Shown here piece by piece: positions 10,101 to 19,584 of a stretch of DNA of 62,137 bases; the first letter of the stretch is position 1, and every line of letters starts with the position of its first letter. The translations under genes were made by a program, and so were the position numbers. This stretch comes from a virus (taxonomy: Duplodnaviria > Caudoviricetes). The notes below the pieces were generated by a model. The model was not told where the DNA came from, made no database searches, and saw nothing but the letters and a program-made list of their open reading frames with translations. The DNA lies in IMG/VR virus record IMGVR_UViG_3300016472_000394, positions 1 to 62,137 of that record. One strand, 5' to 3'.

Positions 10101-11918
10101 TTTTAATGTTCCATCAGAGCCAATTCTGGCAAAATAATTTACATCTTTTGAACCTGAATATTCAACAAAATTACCACCAACGTATATATCACTACTACCC
10201 GAAGCAAATTTAATAGAAGTTACATATGGTATTGAATTTCTAACAGATTTAAATCCACCACCGGGATTAAATGTTCTATCAATAGAACCTGTTAAATCTA
10301 ATCTTATAATTCCATTATATTTCTCACCCAAATACCGTTCAAACCTACCACCAACATATATGTGATTACTACCGGAACGTAATAATGTATAAATCTCACC
10401 ATCTACATTAAACCCAAGTTCATTAAAAATATCAAGCTTATGAGTTGGATTATATGTTCCAATACCCACATTTTCATAATTGTAATCGTATGCCAGATCA
10501 TAAGAACCCTCAAACGCATCCAAATTGTTGTATTGTATAGATTTATCAGGAGGAGCAGGGCTCCCCATAATAGCCTCTTGAATAAGAAAATCATATTTGT
10601 TAATAATTGTATCCGATGCGTTTTCTTCTATGTTCTCAAACTCAACCTTAAAATCATATGATGTATTTCTTCTAAAATTTTTTACATTTACATAAAAAGA
10701 TACTTCATCTTCATTATTGAATATTTCGGTAGAACCACCAAACTCATAATCGCTGACATTAAAAGAAGGTCTATAATAAACCACTACCTTATTAACATTA
10801 CCACCTATTGGATTTATGTTTTTAACATTCACAAAAACAGTTGGATTTTCAAATGGTGAGTCTGAATAACTACCTGTTGATACAAACTTTATAACCCATT
10901 CTGCATCTTTAAATTCCGTAAAATAAATACGATTTCGTTCCGTATCCCCAGCATATGAAGATGCTGTCATTGGAGATGTTATAGATAAATTAGAATAATC
11001 ATCAATTGTTAATATTGATGCGGTAAATTTTGTGGGTATGGTAATATCATTTGGAACATCCGATACATCGGGTCTTATAGAATTATAAGCAGTACTTGAT
11101 TGAGATAAGTTTATTTCAATCGTACCACCTGTCATTTTACCAAATAAATTTTCAGCAAATACCAAAGAAGCAGTAATAGGTGCATCCAATGTTGGTGCTA
11201 AATTCTTAATCTTTCTAAAAGTTAATTTTGGAAAAATTGTTTGATATGGTGAATATGTATTTGACCTTACATTTCCAGTTGTAGCCCTATTAGCATTATA
11301 ATCATAACTAACTAATATGGGTGATAAATCAAAAGAACCTGTATCTTTATAACTTTGGGTTGTTATTAAAATTGATTCACTTAATAACTCAACTTTTTTA
11401 TAAAAATTGGTTACTTCCTCAAAACTTACATTTGGAATATCATTTCCTAAAAATACTATTTTTGATGGTGATTTTTTTTCTCGAGTTATGTTTATATCCC
11501 GTGTCCACCTAACGTTTACATTATTTTTCCATTGGGTTGGTACGGGTACACCATCTCTCGTTGTTTGTGCTGTACCGCAAATTATAACTTTACCAATACC
11601 ATTTGGGGTATTAAACCGATTTAATTCATCATTATATACCCATGCAGATATATATCTTGTTAAATCTTTCTCGGAAAAATTTGGTAGTTCATAATAAAGA
11701 GTATCACCATTAGTATCTAATATTTCAACATATATGGGAGAATTTTGTAATAAATTTCCGGTATTTCCCTTTAATCTAATTAAATTTTTACCACTTCCAA
11801 AATAAGAAGGAAATTCGGTTATATTAAAATAACCCGTTGAATTTAATGAAGTATCTTCTATTAATACAGGTAACCGTAAAAGATTTAATTTGGATTTTCT
11901 TTTATATTCTAATGCCAT
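7134..11918 (-). CDS. Large tail/baseplate-associated fibre protein with beta-propeller (delta-60-like) repeats
   Basis: Repeated IYVGG.F..Y.G / RL..DG.D..F motifs, VGIGT.NP linkers, short collagen-like GPTGPPGP. Confidence 0.65.
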   Translation of the reverse strand: MALEYKRKSKLNLLRLPVLIEDTSLNSTGYFNITEFPSYFGSGKNLIRLKGNTGNLLQNSPIYVEILDTNGDTLYYELPNFSEKDLTRYISAWVYNDELNRFNTPNGIGKVIICGTAQTTRDGVPVPTQWKNNVNVRWTRDINITREKKSPSKIVFLGNDIPNVSFEEVTNFYKKVELLSESILITTQSYKDTGSFDLSPILVSYDYNANRATTGNVRSNTYSPYQTIFPKLTFRKIKNLAPTLDAPITASLVFAENLFGKMTGGTIEINLSQSSTAYNSIRPDVSDVPNDITIPTKFTASILTIDDYSNLSITSPMTASSYAGDTERNRIYFTEFKDAEWVIKFVSTGSYSDSPFENPTVFVNVKNINPIGGNVNKVVVYYRPSFNVSDYEFGGSTEIFNNEDEVSFYVNVKNFRRNTSYDFKVEFENIEENASDTIINKYDFLIQEAIMGSPAPPDKSIQYNNLDAFEGSYDLAYDYNYENVGIGTYNPTHKLDIFNELGFNVDGEIYTLLRSGSNHIYVGGRFERYLGEKYNGIIRLDLTGSIDRTFNPGGGFKSVRNSIPYVTSIKFASGSSDIYVGGNFVEYSGSKDVNYFARIGSDGTLKNNFSEHGKLNNIVNTIYVSNETPHTGSVYIGGAFTEYSGSALRILKLDPTGSLIKYFTGKFDTGSNTQIFSIESFDANYGIFVAGNFIAYSGSNDYQYGNSGILKINKSGSIISQFNQSGSINGGTSGSNVYTIHNPNADDLWIGGMFDKYSGSAAYKIAKIDKDTGALDDTWIGTVGGLFFGLTNSVRTINRLDDDFVLVGGYFNPLSGGEDTRIKRLVLLSETDGQPYDSNVSGRNLINDGGVLTSLKLDDSNVMIGGNFNQYRTGYKLQTSNGGRLINSDKIIILDIPTLHPSTGSYYEFFNLDRRNRDPFFISSSMGTFIGSESVLWPQISNNPFIIKNSGDVGIGTINPNERLHVEGGVIARLPKIQQPWTILYDSQSGLFTYGTSSGATGPTGPPGPSTIILNCQTITATGFNPCRLPNESDEYNLTFGFTVQSPISNDITVISASLFSGSSQIWGVDNESRSSLPITWTIPTSSIGNVNYTFVVTASYTSEYGNPNAWARLKCNPTSFNITQPYPFIVTCQPITTTPLLGTTGNDKRHNRETASYAINVGFTHNNPYGVCSPAPQLNVTLISASLHSGSLELWKTGSINYVPSSPNTSITFGIPSSSFGQVSYTFRVTASISESRFDSTTWAMCSSTATFSPSPRDCPNTYIPSQKPQPNSTSGLAFGFKSANQLNTIITEMGDSGSITIETVNINTSQPAWEFIGGKPTLYRYLRDNNQNIYQDLSWTSTTTQNNIQTANLTFQLTGSLSGSLGNDNFVVSSNETQRNIGIPTTSPLNNPWDELGVNFQQRSYLRIWASSSFSSSRNPSGVPHFNLNDPPIFCNNQLEVFTLFKTISIRSGSFFEDDFNQVMTTESIYDLRRWDTRTTNNSLITGSVGFDLTYNNGITPNGSSTPQSNPLFTIGYLGSSKKREYFIVNRNIEIAGIWDSTIPGTNLINPTNTIGFAEYLIGHYAAYVRKIPTTHQLGGQPKTYYVYCKRR

Positions 11919-11934
11919 TAAATACTCCCATATA

Positions 11935-14900
11935 TTATAAGTATTTTATATATGAAAAAGAGTTTATTTTACTTATATCAATTATTTCATCTACCATATC
12001 CCTCGTTTTATCTATATGGGAAATTGTAATAATAAAATCAAATTGAGTTTTTAAGTAATCAAATAACAAATACAATGAATTAAAATTATCAGTATCCAAA
12101 GAACCAAACCCTTCATCAATTGCGATAAAATTTGGACGGGGTAGATTGGATATATTAATTAGAGCAGTTCTAATTGCAATAGAACTTACAAACTTTTCCA
12201 TACCACTTGTCAATTCTAATGGCCAATACTTATCATCACCATAACAAATATATGAATTAATGTTTTTACCATCAGTATCCAATATAATTTGGAAATCTAC
12301 AATTGGCTGAAGTATATTATTTATTTCTATTTCTAACTTTGGTAATATTTCCGATATTAACCCATACGGAATACCATCCCGTTTTACGGCTGATAAATAA
12401 TATTCATATCCAGCATATTTTATTTCCATCAAATTTAATTTTTCAATGGATTGATTTGCCATTTCAATTATATTTTGTTGAACCCTCAAACCACCCAGCA
12501 AATCAATCAAATTATTTGTAGTATCAGTAAGATCGGATTGAACTTCTTTTCTCTTTTGTTTCAATAAACTAATTTCTTCATTTAATACCCTATTGAACTC
12601 AACGGATTTTTCTTGCTTTTTTGCTTTTTCAATATCATCAACTAATTTTTCATATCTTGTCTCAATCTTTGTATAATCGGATTTATAATCGTTTAATTGA
12701 GATAATAATGAGTAATATTTGCTATTGGTTTGTTGTTCTTTTCCTTTGATTTGGTTTACCTTTTCTAAATCGGATTTTACATCATACCCACGCTGGACTT
12801 CTATTTTTTCACTCAACTGGATTTTTAACTCATCTATTTTTGTATTTAACAAATTTATCTTTTTTTCTAATTCTAAACTTTGTTGTGCAAATGGAGTATT
12901 TTTATTATTTACACAATGTTCACAATTATCATCATATGTAAAAGAACCAATACCTTCTAAATGCCTTTTACTATGCGATAAATCAATTTCATATTTTGAT
13001 ATAGTTCCCCGTATTAAAGAAATATCCCTTTCTAAAATCCCCCATTCATTATCTTTTTGTTTTAATTCCTCAAAATTGTATTGAGCATAAAAATCGGAAA
13101 TCCTCAAAAGTTTTTCTTGCAACGGAACTAACTCTGCTTCCACATCTCTAATGTTGTATGATACTACCTTACTATCATTTTTACATTCATTTAATTCGTT
13201 ATTAAGTGAACCTAAATCCAACGAAGTATCCACTACAATTAATTTTGCAGATTTAGTTTCTATACTATGATTTAATCCATCTAATTTTGATTGAAGTTCA
13301 TATTTGTTTATTTGCATTTGAGAAATAGAACCAGTAATAGATTGAACATTCAATTCAGCGGATGCAAGTTTTGTTGGAAAATCCTGTCCCTTATAATCTT
13401 TCAATAAGGTTGATAATTCTTTTATTTCTTCACTTGCCACAGAATATAACTGCTCAAACACATCCATATCCAAAAATTGAGCAAGTAGTTCTTTTCTTTC
13501 TTTCTGCGATTTATCAATAAAACCTGAATTATTAAATTGTGTTGAAAGAGCAGTTAATATAAAATCATCGTATGTTCCGACATACTGCCTTATTACTGAA
13601 TTTGTATCCCTTCTTTCATCACCATTCAAACTTTCAATATCACCAACATCATTGTAAGTGTAAAACTGAGTATCAACTTTTACTGTTCCTTTTTTTGTAG
13701 ATTTATTTGCTTTTCTTTCAATAACATAATCCCTACCATTCAACTCAAAAATAAACTTACAATAAAAATTATTTTTAGAATAGTTCATTACATCAACTGC
13801 TTTTGATGTCCTCGAACACTTATCAAAAATACAAAACGATAAAGCATCCCATAATGATGATTTTCCCGATGCATTTGGTGCAAAGACACCATAAGCACCC
13901 TTCATATTTTGAAAGTTTATGTAATTATCCTCACCATACGAAAACATATTTGAAAACTGAAATACCTTTGGTATCCAAACCGAACTTCTTATTGAATGCG
14001 GATTTACAATTTTTGAGTTTATATCAGCGTTAATACCCTTTACAACTTCTAATGTTTCGGAATCAATTCCAATTTTTGCCGTTAAGTATTCTTCTAACAA
14101 TTTATTTTGAAACCCAACATCTCTAACATTTTGTAATGTTATTTGTTCTCTTTTACCAACATCATTCGTAGATAATACTTTTTGAATGCTTAATTCTTCT
14201 ATTTGGTATTTCTTTTTTAGTTGTGTTATAATTTTATTTAATTGAGATGTTGTAGTATCTTTAACCCGCAACCTTAATCTGGGTTTTGGTGGGATGTAAC
14301 CATTTGTAGTTATTTTACCACCATCAATGTCTACCGTTCCATACCCATACTCATTCTCAATATGAACGAATGTAGAGGACTTTGTTTCTATATCCCATAC
14401 CAACATACCATGTTCAGGATAAATTGATTCTGAGTGGTTCTGTGAAATCAGGGAGCCTGGATATTTAATTGTATTAATTCCCCCAACTGAATTGTTGGGT
14501 ACATGAATGTCTCCCAAAAGAACCAAGTCATAACCAGTAAAAGAGTCTACCGTAACTTTTTTATTATCAATCTTAAAACCATGCTCGGTTTGTATTCCAT
14601 CGACCGGCCCATGAAATAAACCTATCTTAAATTCACCATCAATTTCAGAGCCCGGTATAAACCCATCCGAACTATCAAAAACGGATTTGTGTGCAAAAGT
14701 AACACCACCAAATCGAAATGTTGTTGTGTTTTTATAGTAATGTAAGTTTGGATGATTTAACGCCTGAACAATTGGTGAAAGAGCATCTAATCGTGAAGGA
14801 TTATTTAAGTTTGCATCATGATTACCAGGAATCAAAATTGTAGGCATGATATTAGATAAACTCCTTAAAAAGTTTTGGGTCATATCTACCACCTCCGGTG

Positions 14901-15075
14901 TCATATCAGTTTTAGCATGAACAATATCACCCGCAATAAGGATAATTGAGTTATCATCCCTTACTGATTTTAGATAATCATATAAACGATTAAATACTAA
15001 ATTGTATTCTTTGTGTCGTTTTAGATTTCGTATATGAATATCCGCTATGTGATAAATCTTATTTAACTTCTTCAT
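11935..15075 (-). CDS. Fused SbcD/Mre11 nuclease - SbcC/Rad50 ATPase (T4 gp47-gp46-like)
   Basis: ADIH, AGDIVH, PGNHD, LGDIH; Walker A APNASGKSS; zinc hook CEHC; signature TSGMEK; Walker B IAIDEGFGSLD; ISH. Confidence 0.92.
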   Translation of the reverse strand: MKKLNKIYHIADIHIRNLKRHKEYNLVFNRLYDYLKSVRDDNSIILIAGDIVHAKTDMTPEVVDMTQNFLRSLSNIMPTILIPGNHDANLNNPSRLDALSPIVQALNHPNLHYYKNTTTFRFGGVTFAHKSVFDSSDGFIPGSEIDGEFKIGLFHGPVDGIQTEHGFKIDNKKVTVDSFTGYDLVLLGDIHVPNNSVGGINTIKYPGSLISQNHSESIYPEHGMLVWDIETKSSTFVHIENEYGYGTVDIDGGKITTNGYIPPKPRLRLRVKDTTTSQLNKIITQLKKKYQIEELSIQKVLSTNDVGKREQITLQNVRDVGFQNKLLEEYLTAKIGIDSETLEVVKGINADINSKIVNPHSIRSSVWIPKVFQFSNMFSYGEDNYINFQNMKGAYGVFAPNASGKSSLWDALSFCIFDKCSRTSKAVDVMNYSKNNFYCKFIFELNGRDYVIERKANKSTKKGTVKVDTQFYTYNDVGDIESLNGDERRDTNSVIRQYVGTYDDFILTALSTQFNNSGFIDKSQKERKELLAQFLDMDVFEQLYSVASEEIKELSTLLKDYKGQDFPTKLASAELNVQSITGSISQMQINKYELQSKLDGLNHSIETKSAKLIVVDTSLDLGSLNNELNECKNDSKVVSYNIRDVEAELVPLQEKLLRISDFYAQYNFEELKQKDNEWGILERDISLIRGTISKYEIDLSHSKRHLEGIGSFTYDDNCEHCVNNKNTPFAQQSLELEKKINLLNTKIDELKIQLSEKIEVQRGYDVKSDLEKVNQIKGKEQQTNSKYYSLLSQLNDYKSDYTKIETRYEKLVDDIEKAKKQEKSVEFNRVLNEEISLLKQKRKEVQSDLTDTTNNLIDLLGGLRVQQNIIEMANQSIEKLNLMEIKYAGYEYYLSAVKRDGIPYGLISEILPKLEIEINNILQPIVDFQIILDTDGKNINSYICYGDDKYWPLELTSGMEKFVSSIAIRTALINISNLPRPNFIAIDEGFGSLDTDNFNSLYLLFDYLKTQFDFIITISHIDKTRDMVDEIIDISKINSFSYIKYL

Positions 15076-16007
15076 TTTCTCCCAAACATTTTGTGCTCTA
15101 CCAACTTTAATAAATCAAGTGGAGGTGTATTATATATTTTAGTGTTTATTTTATCATACCCCAATTCAGATGCATCCTCACCATCTAATTTAACTAAATG
15201 TGATTGAATACCAAATCCCATAAGTTTTTCACATAGTTGAATTGAATTTTGGATTGCATCCTTATCAAGACACACATAAACTTTGGATACTTTTTTATCT
15301 AATATCTTTTTTTCCAACTTTTGCGGAATGGTTTTACCAAAAATTGGTATTGCATTCCTACGAATAGAAATAGCATCAAATACACCCTCACAAATTACAA
15401 TTGGTTCATCCCAATTTATAAATAAATCAAAACCAATAATATCCTTTGATACTTTTGGGTTTTTATGTTTATGCGGTGTATCGTAAAAAGCCCTGCTGAC
15501 AAAATAATTCAATATACCCTCTGAGTCATAAGATGGAATTATTATCCTATTGGAATATTCACCCCCCTCACAATAACCTATGTTGTATTTAACAATATCA
15601 CCCGGTCTTATACCCCGCCCCAAAAGGTAATTAATAGCATGATTATAAATTGGTGATTTTTTATTTTCCCATAATGGATGAAACTCTTTTGGCAATTCCA
15701 CCCTTTCTATAACATCAGTATATTCTCTTTGAGTTACAAATCTATCAACCTTACTTAAAATAGAGTTGTGTTCATCCCAAATTTCTTTTGATACACCCAG
15801 CTTCTTAAAAAGAGAACGAATTGTTTTTCCCTTCTCGTCGGAAATCCAACAGTGCCAACGATTTTCACCATTTTGGGTTTTAATATTTATTTCAAGCTTT
15901 GGTTTATAGTGGTCTGTAAATGGTGAGTAAAAAGCATAATTATCTCCAGTAGTTTTTTTACTCTTCCCCAATACCCGTTCTAAAAGCTCAAGCAATCTTT
16001 CTTCCAT
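15072..16007 (-). CDS. DNA primase (TOPRIM)
   Basis: Degenerate zinc-binding region, RIIIP, ICEGVFDA, CLDKDA, EDASELG. Confidence 0.85.
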   Translation of the reverse strand: MEERLLELLERVLGKSKKTTGDNYAFYSPFTDHYKPKLEINIKTQNGENRWHCWISDEKGKTIRSLFKKLGVSKEIWDEHNSILSKVDRFVTQREYTDVIERVELPKEFHPLWENKKSPIYNHAINYLLGRGIRPGDIVKYNIGYCEGGEYSNRIIIPSYDSEGILNYFVSRAFYDTPHKHKNPKVSKDIIGFDLFINWDEPIVICEGVFDAISIRRNAIPIFGKTIPQKLEKKILDKKVSKVYVCLDKDAIQNSIQLCEKLMGFGIQSHLVKLDGEDASELGYDKINTKIYNTPPLDLLKLVEHKMFGRK

Positions 16008-16608
16008 AACCCCTTAAATCATATGTATAAATATGTTTTGGTAAATTAGTAATTATTTTTATACCGGAATCACCAGCTTTATATCTCTTGTTTATTTCAA
16101 CACCATACGGCCTATCTAACATAGAAAGTGTTCTAATGTGAAATGATTTACCATCAACCTCCAAAGATTTTGATGGGGATGTTTCACCTAAATAATTAAA
16201 ATTAGAAGCACGATATATAACACCACTATGCCCTTGATTTTGGTCTGCATAACTTATAATATATTCCCAATCCGTATTTTTCTTTAACCACTTAATTGTT
16301 TTGGATATAAAATAGGACTCTGCGTTTTTGGGTGTATCATCAACCAAACATAATCTTCGTAACTCCAATACCTTATCAGGACGAGTAGGGTGATAAGTCT
16401 GCCCAGCAGTTGGGCCGGCAGGACGGGTGTAAATGCAGACACCAATTATTTCAGGCATTCCAAAATTTCCTTCACGCAATAAAATAAAAGCATGTTTTGT
16501 TTGTATATTGACATAATCCGAGTAGTGCCACCTTTTCAAGAAAGCACGGATGTTAGGATTAAATGTAGTATGCTCTACTACATATGTTTTTATTATACCC
16601 ATTCCCAC
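15988..16608 (-). CDS. Mom-like (GNAT-fold) DNA adenine modification protein
   Basis: RWHYS, ELRRLCL...PKNAESYFIS, ISYADQNQGHSGVIYRASNFNYLG motifs typical of Mom-family proteins. Confidence 0.75.
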   Translation of the reverse strand: MGMGIIKTYVVEHTTFNPNIRAFLKRWHYSDYVNIQTKHAFILLREGNFGMPEIIGVCIYTRPAGPTAGQTYHPTRPDKVLELRRLCLVDDTPKNAESYFISKTIKWLKKNTDWEYIISYADQNQGHSGVIYRASNFNYLGETSPSKSLEVDGKSFHIRTLSMLDRPYGVEINKRYKAGDSGIKIITNLPKHIYTYDLRGYGRKIA

Positions 16609-16631
16609 ACAATATACAACAGAAAATCTAA

Positions 16632-17051
16632 TTATCCAAATAAAAATGATTTTGGTTCTTCATTTATCCATTCATCTGGTATATCTTTATTAGACCACTT
16701 AAATCCATTTTTATCTGCCCACATACTATATGTGGTTTTTGATTTTTTAGTTAATTTTGCATTTGGATTTTGAAATACAAATCTAATATCTAAATCAGGT
16801 TTTTGTTGTTTTATCAAAAGATGTTTTTTTCTATCTTCTAATGTAAATCTTCCTTTTGTTTCTATGAATATTCCATTTGGTAATCTAAAATCAGGCTTAT
16901 ATGTGTGATTGGTAGCGGGTTTAGTATATTGTATTTGGTGTTTTTCATATTCACCATCAATACCCCTGCTTTTTAATTCATCCGAAACTTTATCCTCAAG
17001 ACCGGAACGATGTCCCTTACTCCTTTGGATATGACCCCAATTTTTTCCCAT
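16632..17051 (-). CDS. T7 endonuclease I-like Holliday junction resolvase
   Basis: RSGLEDKV...YKPDFRLPNGIFIETKGRF...DIRFVFQ...W. Confidence 0.9.
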   Translation of the reverse strand: MGKNWGHIQRSKGHRSGLEDKVSDELKSRGIDGEYEKHQIQYTKPATNHTYKPDFRLPNGIFIETKGRFTLEDRKKHLLIKQQKPDLDIRFVFQNPNAKLTKKSKTTYSMWADKNGFKWSNKDIPDEWINEEPKSFLFG

Positions 17052-17053
17052 AA

Positions 17054-17977
17054 CTAATCTATATCAAACTTTACATTTACAATAAATGTCGCCGTTCTAC
17101 TTTTTCTTAAAGGGGTGGATAATTTTGCAACTGCTAACAGCTGACTATCATCGTTATATAAGCCTATTTTTGTAAAATATGGAGTAAAATTAGATGATGT
17201 TGTAAATCCTGCTCTAATGCTTGATGATGGTGAAATTAAAGATGTTGTATTCGTAGTAACATTAAATTCACCCGTACCTATTTCACATAAAATACTATAT
17301 TCTTGAAATTCACGAGTTGATTTATATGAAAAATTAAACGGATGGGATGTATAATCCCAATTACCATCACCTAAAAATGGACTTGAATTACTATTTGATT
17401 GAGTACCATTCATTACAATTAACCCATGTTTATAAAAAACATACCCAGTGCTTGAACTATCAATTGTAGAACCAGTAAAATTATTAAGTAATGATTGTGA
17501 TACAATTATACCCAAATCTTTTCCTACAAATATATCATTATAAAAATATCCCGAATTGGTTATTTGTAATGAAGCAGGCTTTATTCCATCCCAATATCTA
17601 TATTGCGGTATTGATACTACGGATGCACTTTGTTTTAATATTAATTGACGAGATGATGTATCTTCCGTTGTAGATGAAAAAAACATCGTATTTAATGATT
17701 TCCAAAAAGAATCACGATTTATTGATTTAAATGGGTCAGATTGGTATAATGTACTGTTAATTGATACATTACTACCCATTCTTAAACCAGTAACACCTTT
17801 TTGAGCAGCCAAAACATATATGCCAAAACTACCTGTATTGGTATTATTAATATTAAAAGTTTTATGGGCTACAAATTTTTTTCTTTCTAAAAAAAATCCC
17901 TCTTTTAATGGTTTAAATCCAATATTTGTAACCGGTCTTATATCCGGATAAGATAATCTTATAGATTGTATTGCCAT
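17054..17977 (-). CDS. Virion structural protein (tail/baseplate-associated)
   Basis: C-terminal PYFTKIGLYNDDSQLLAVAKLSTP motif, paralogous to the next gene. Confidence 0.6.
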   Translation of the reverse strand: MAIQSIRLSYPDIRPVTNIGFKPLKEGFFLERKKFVAHKTFNINNTNTGSFGIYVLAAQKGVTGLRMGSNVSINSTLYQSDPFKSINRDSFWKSLNTMFFSSTTEDTSSRQLILKQSASVVSIPQYRYWDGIKPASLQITNSGYFYNDIFVGKDLGIIVSQSLLNNFTGSTIDSSSTGYVFYKHGLIVMNGTQSNSNSSPFLGDGNWDYTSHPFNFSYKSTREFQEYSILCEIGTGEFNVTTNTTSLISPSSSIRAGFTTSSNFTPYFTKIGLYNDDSQLLAVAKLSTPLRKSRTATFIVNVKFDID

Positions 17978-17980
17978 CCA

Positions 17981-18922
17981 TTAAAAATCTACTTTAACTT
18001 TTATAAGTGCCTCAGATGAATAACTTTTATAAATTGGATTTGATACTTTACCAACCGCCAAAAGTTCATTTTCATTATTATATAATCCAACTGTGGTTAT
18101 ATATGTTATAGGTGAATTATTATCAGCGTATCTTATAGATGGTCTAATATAATTCAACCCCGCAGATGCACTTACATACGATGGATTATTACTGTGATTA
18201 AATTTAGAATTTCTAACTCTAACAAAATAAATATAAGATTTACCTATTTCTTGTTTTCTAGCTATTATTTGCTCTATTTTATCTGCCGCAGAAGATGCTG
18301 ATGTTGGTGAATCAAATTGACTTCCAGTTATGACAACCATACCTTTTGATGGATAAAATCGTGTATTTGTATCAGTCGTTCCATTTCTTTTTAAATATAA
18401 CCAACTATCTAATGCATATATACTACTACTATCTATATTAGGCTTAAAATTATTACTCGCACCTGATGCGGTTATTTCAAATGATAATGGATCTAATCTA
18501 TCTCTAAATAATTCTCTATGAAAGGAAAGAGCAACTCCGTTTTGAACAGCGGATGGCCAAGAATCTAAATAATTCTTTAATGATAAATAGGCCCGCTTTG
18601 GCGCAGAGTCATTACCACCACTATTATTAAAATAAATTACATCGAAAAAAGATTGGCTTACAGGAGAATAATCTTTGTTATACATTGTAACATAAGATTG
18701 GCTTACCTGAGTATCGGTAGTGTAATCCTTAAGCTCATTATTCCCATCATTTAACGTTGTATCACCATTAAATAATCCCGTTGATACATTTCCAACATAC
18801 CCCGTTATAATATCATCCGCTGAAAAGGTTTCGAATGAACCACCTGCCAATACATTTCCTAATTGTCCAGCGGAAACTAATCCTGATGACCTCGTATTAA
18901 TTGCTATTGTTTGTCCTGCCAT
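17981..18922 (-). CDS. Virion structural protein (tail/baseplate-associated)
   Basis: C-terminal TYITTVGLYNNENELLAVGKVSNP motif. Confidence 0.6.
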   Translation of the reverse strand: MAGQTIAINTRSSGLVSAGQLGNVLAGGSFETFSADDIITGYVGNVSTGLFNGDTTLNDGNNELKDYTTDTQVSQSYVTMYNKDYSPVSQSFFDVIYFNNSGGNDSAPKRAYLSLKNYLDSWPSAVQNGVALSFHRELFRDRLDPLSFEITASGASNNFKPNIDSSSIYALDSWLYLKRNGTTDTNTRFYPSKGMVVITGSQFDSPTSASSAADKIEQIIARKQEIGKSYIYFVRVRNSKFNHSNNPSYVSASAGLNYIRPSIRYADNNSPITYITTVGLYNNENELLAVGKVSNPIYKSYSSEALIKVKVDF

Positions 18923-18943
18923 AATATTCTTATTATTTTATTA

Positions 18944-19543
18944 TTAACTTAATATTGCGTTTGCCGATGCAACGAATGTACCTGCGGATACTTCTTTCGA
19001 TATTTCTACCGGTATTTCAAGCCTTGCACCAGTTTCCTCGCCAACCACAATTATACGAGTGGTTACTTTGTTAGTGGAAATAGTATTAGCAGGAATAAAC
19101 ATAAATTGGTCAGTTCTACCAGTAACCATTCTTAATGTACCCGCCGTATCATCCAACAAAACAACAAAATAAGATGTGTTTGAATCAGTTGGATTTGATG
19201 TTAATGTAACTATTGTTTCTCTAACAATACCGGTGTTTGAAACGGGAATTTTTATTTCACGCGTATCTGCTATAATGGATGGTATTATATCAACATTTGG
19301 ATTTAATGTAAGTAGTTTACTTTTAAACGCATAATTCTCATCAATTATTGCTTCAAATACAGGCAATTTTTCAATATAAACACCTGGATTATTTTGGGTA
19401 GTATCCCATAACGAATAATCTATTTCATCATCACCCAATGCAAACTTAGTAATTTGAAATGGTTTTCCAGATGATATATATTGCCTACCCAATTTGGTAA
19501 GCACTGCATCAATTGTTGTTTCGGTTTTATCTAAATATCCCAT
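18944..19543 (-). CDS. Virion structural protein
   Basis: DAVLTKLGR...ITKFALGDDEIDY motif seen in large-phage baseplate/fibre-attachment proteins. Confidence 0.55.
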   Translation of the reverse strand: MGYLDKTETTIDAVLTKLGRQYISSGKPFQITKFALGDDEIDYSLWDTTQNNPGVYIEKLPVFEAIIDENYAFKSKLLTLNPNVDIIPSIIADTREIKIPVSNTGIVRETIVTLTSNPTDSNTSYFVVLLDDTAGTLRMVTGRTDQFMFIPANTISTNKVTTRIIVVGEETGARLEIPVEISKEVSAGTFVASANAILS

Positions 19544-19560
19544 AATACTTTCTTTTTATA

Positions 19561-19568
19561 TATAAATA
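19561..19568 (-). promoter_or_regulatory. Putative late promoter motif TATTTATA
   Basis: 17 nt upstream of a structural gene start. Confidence 0.45.
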
Positions 19569-19584
19569 CAATTAAATAATATTT

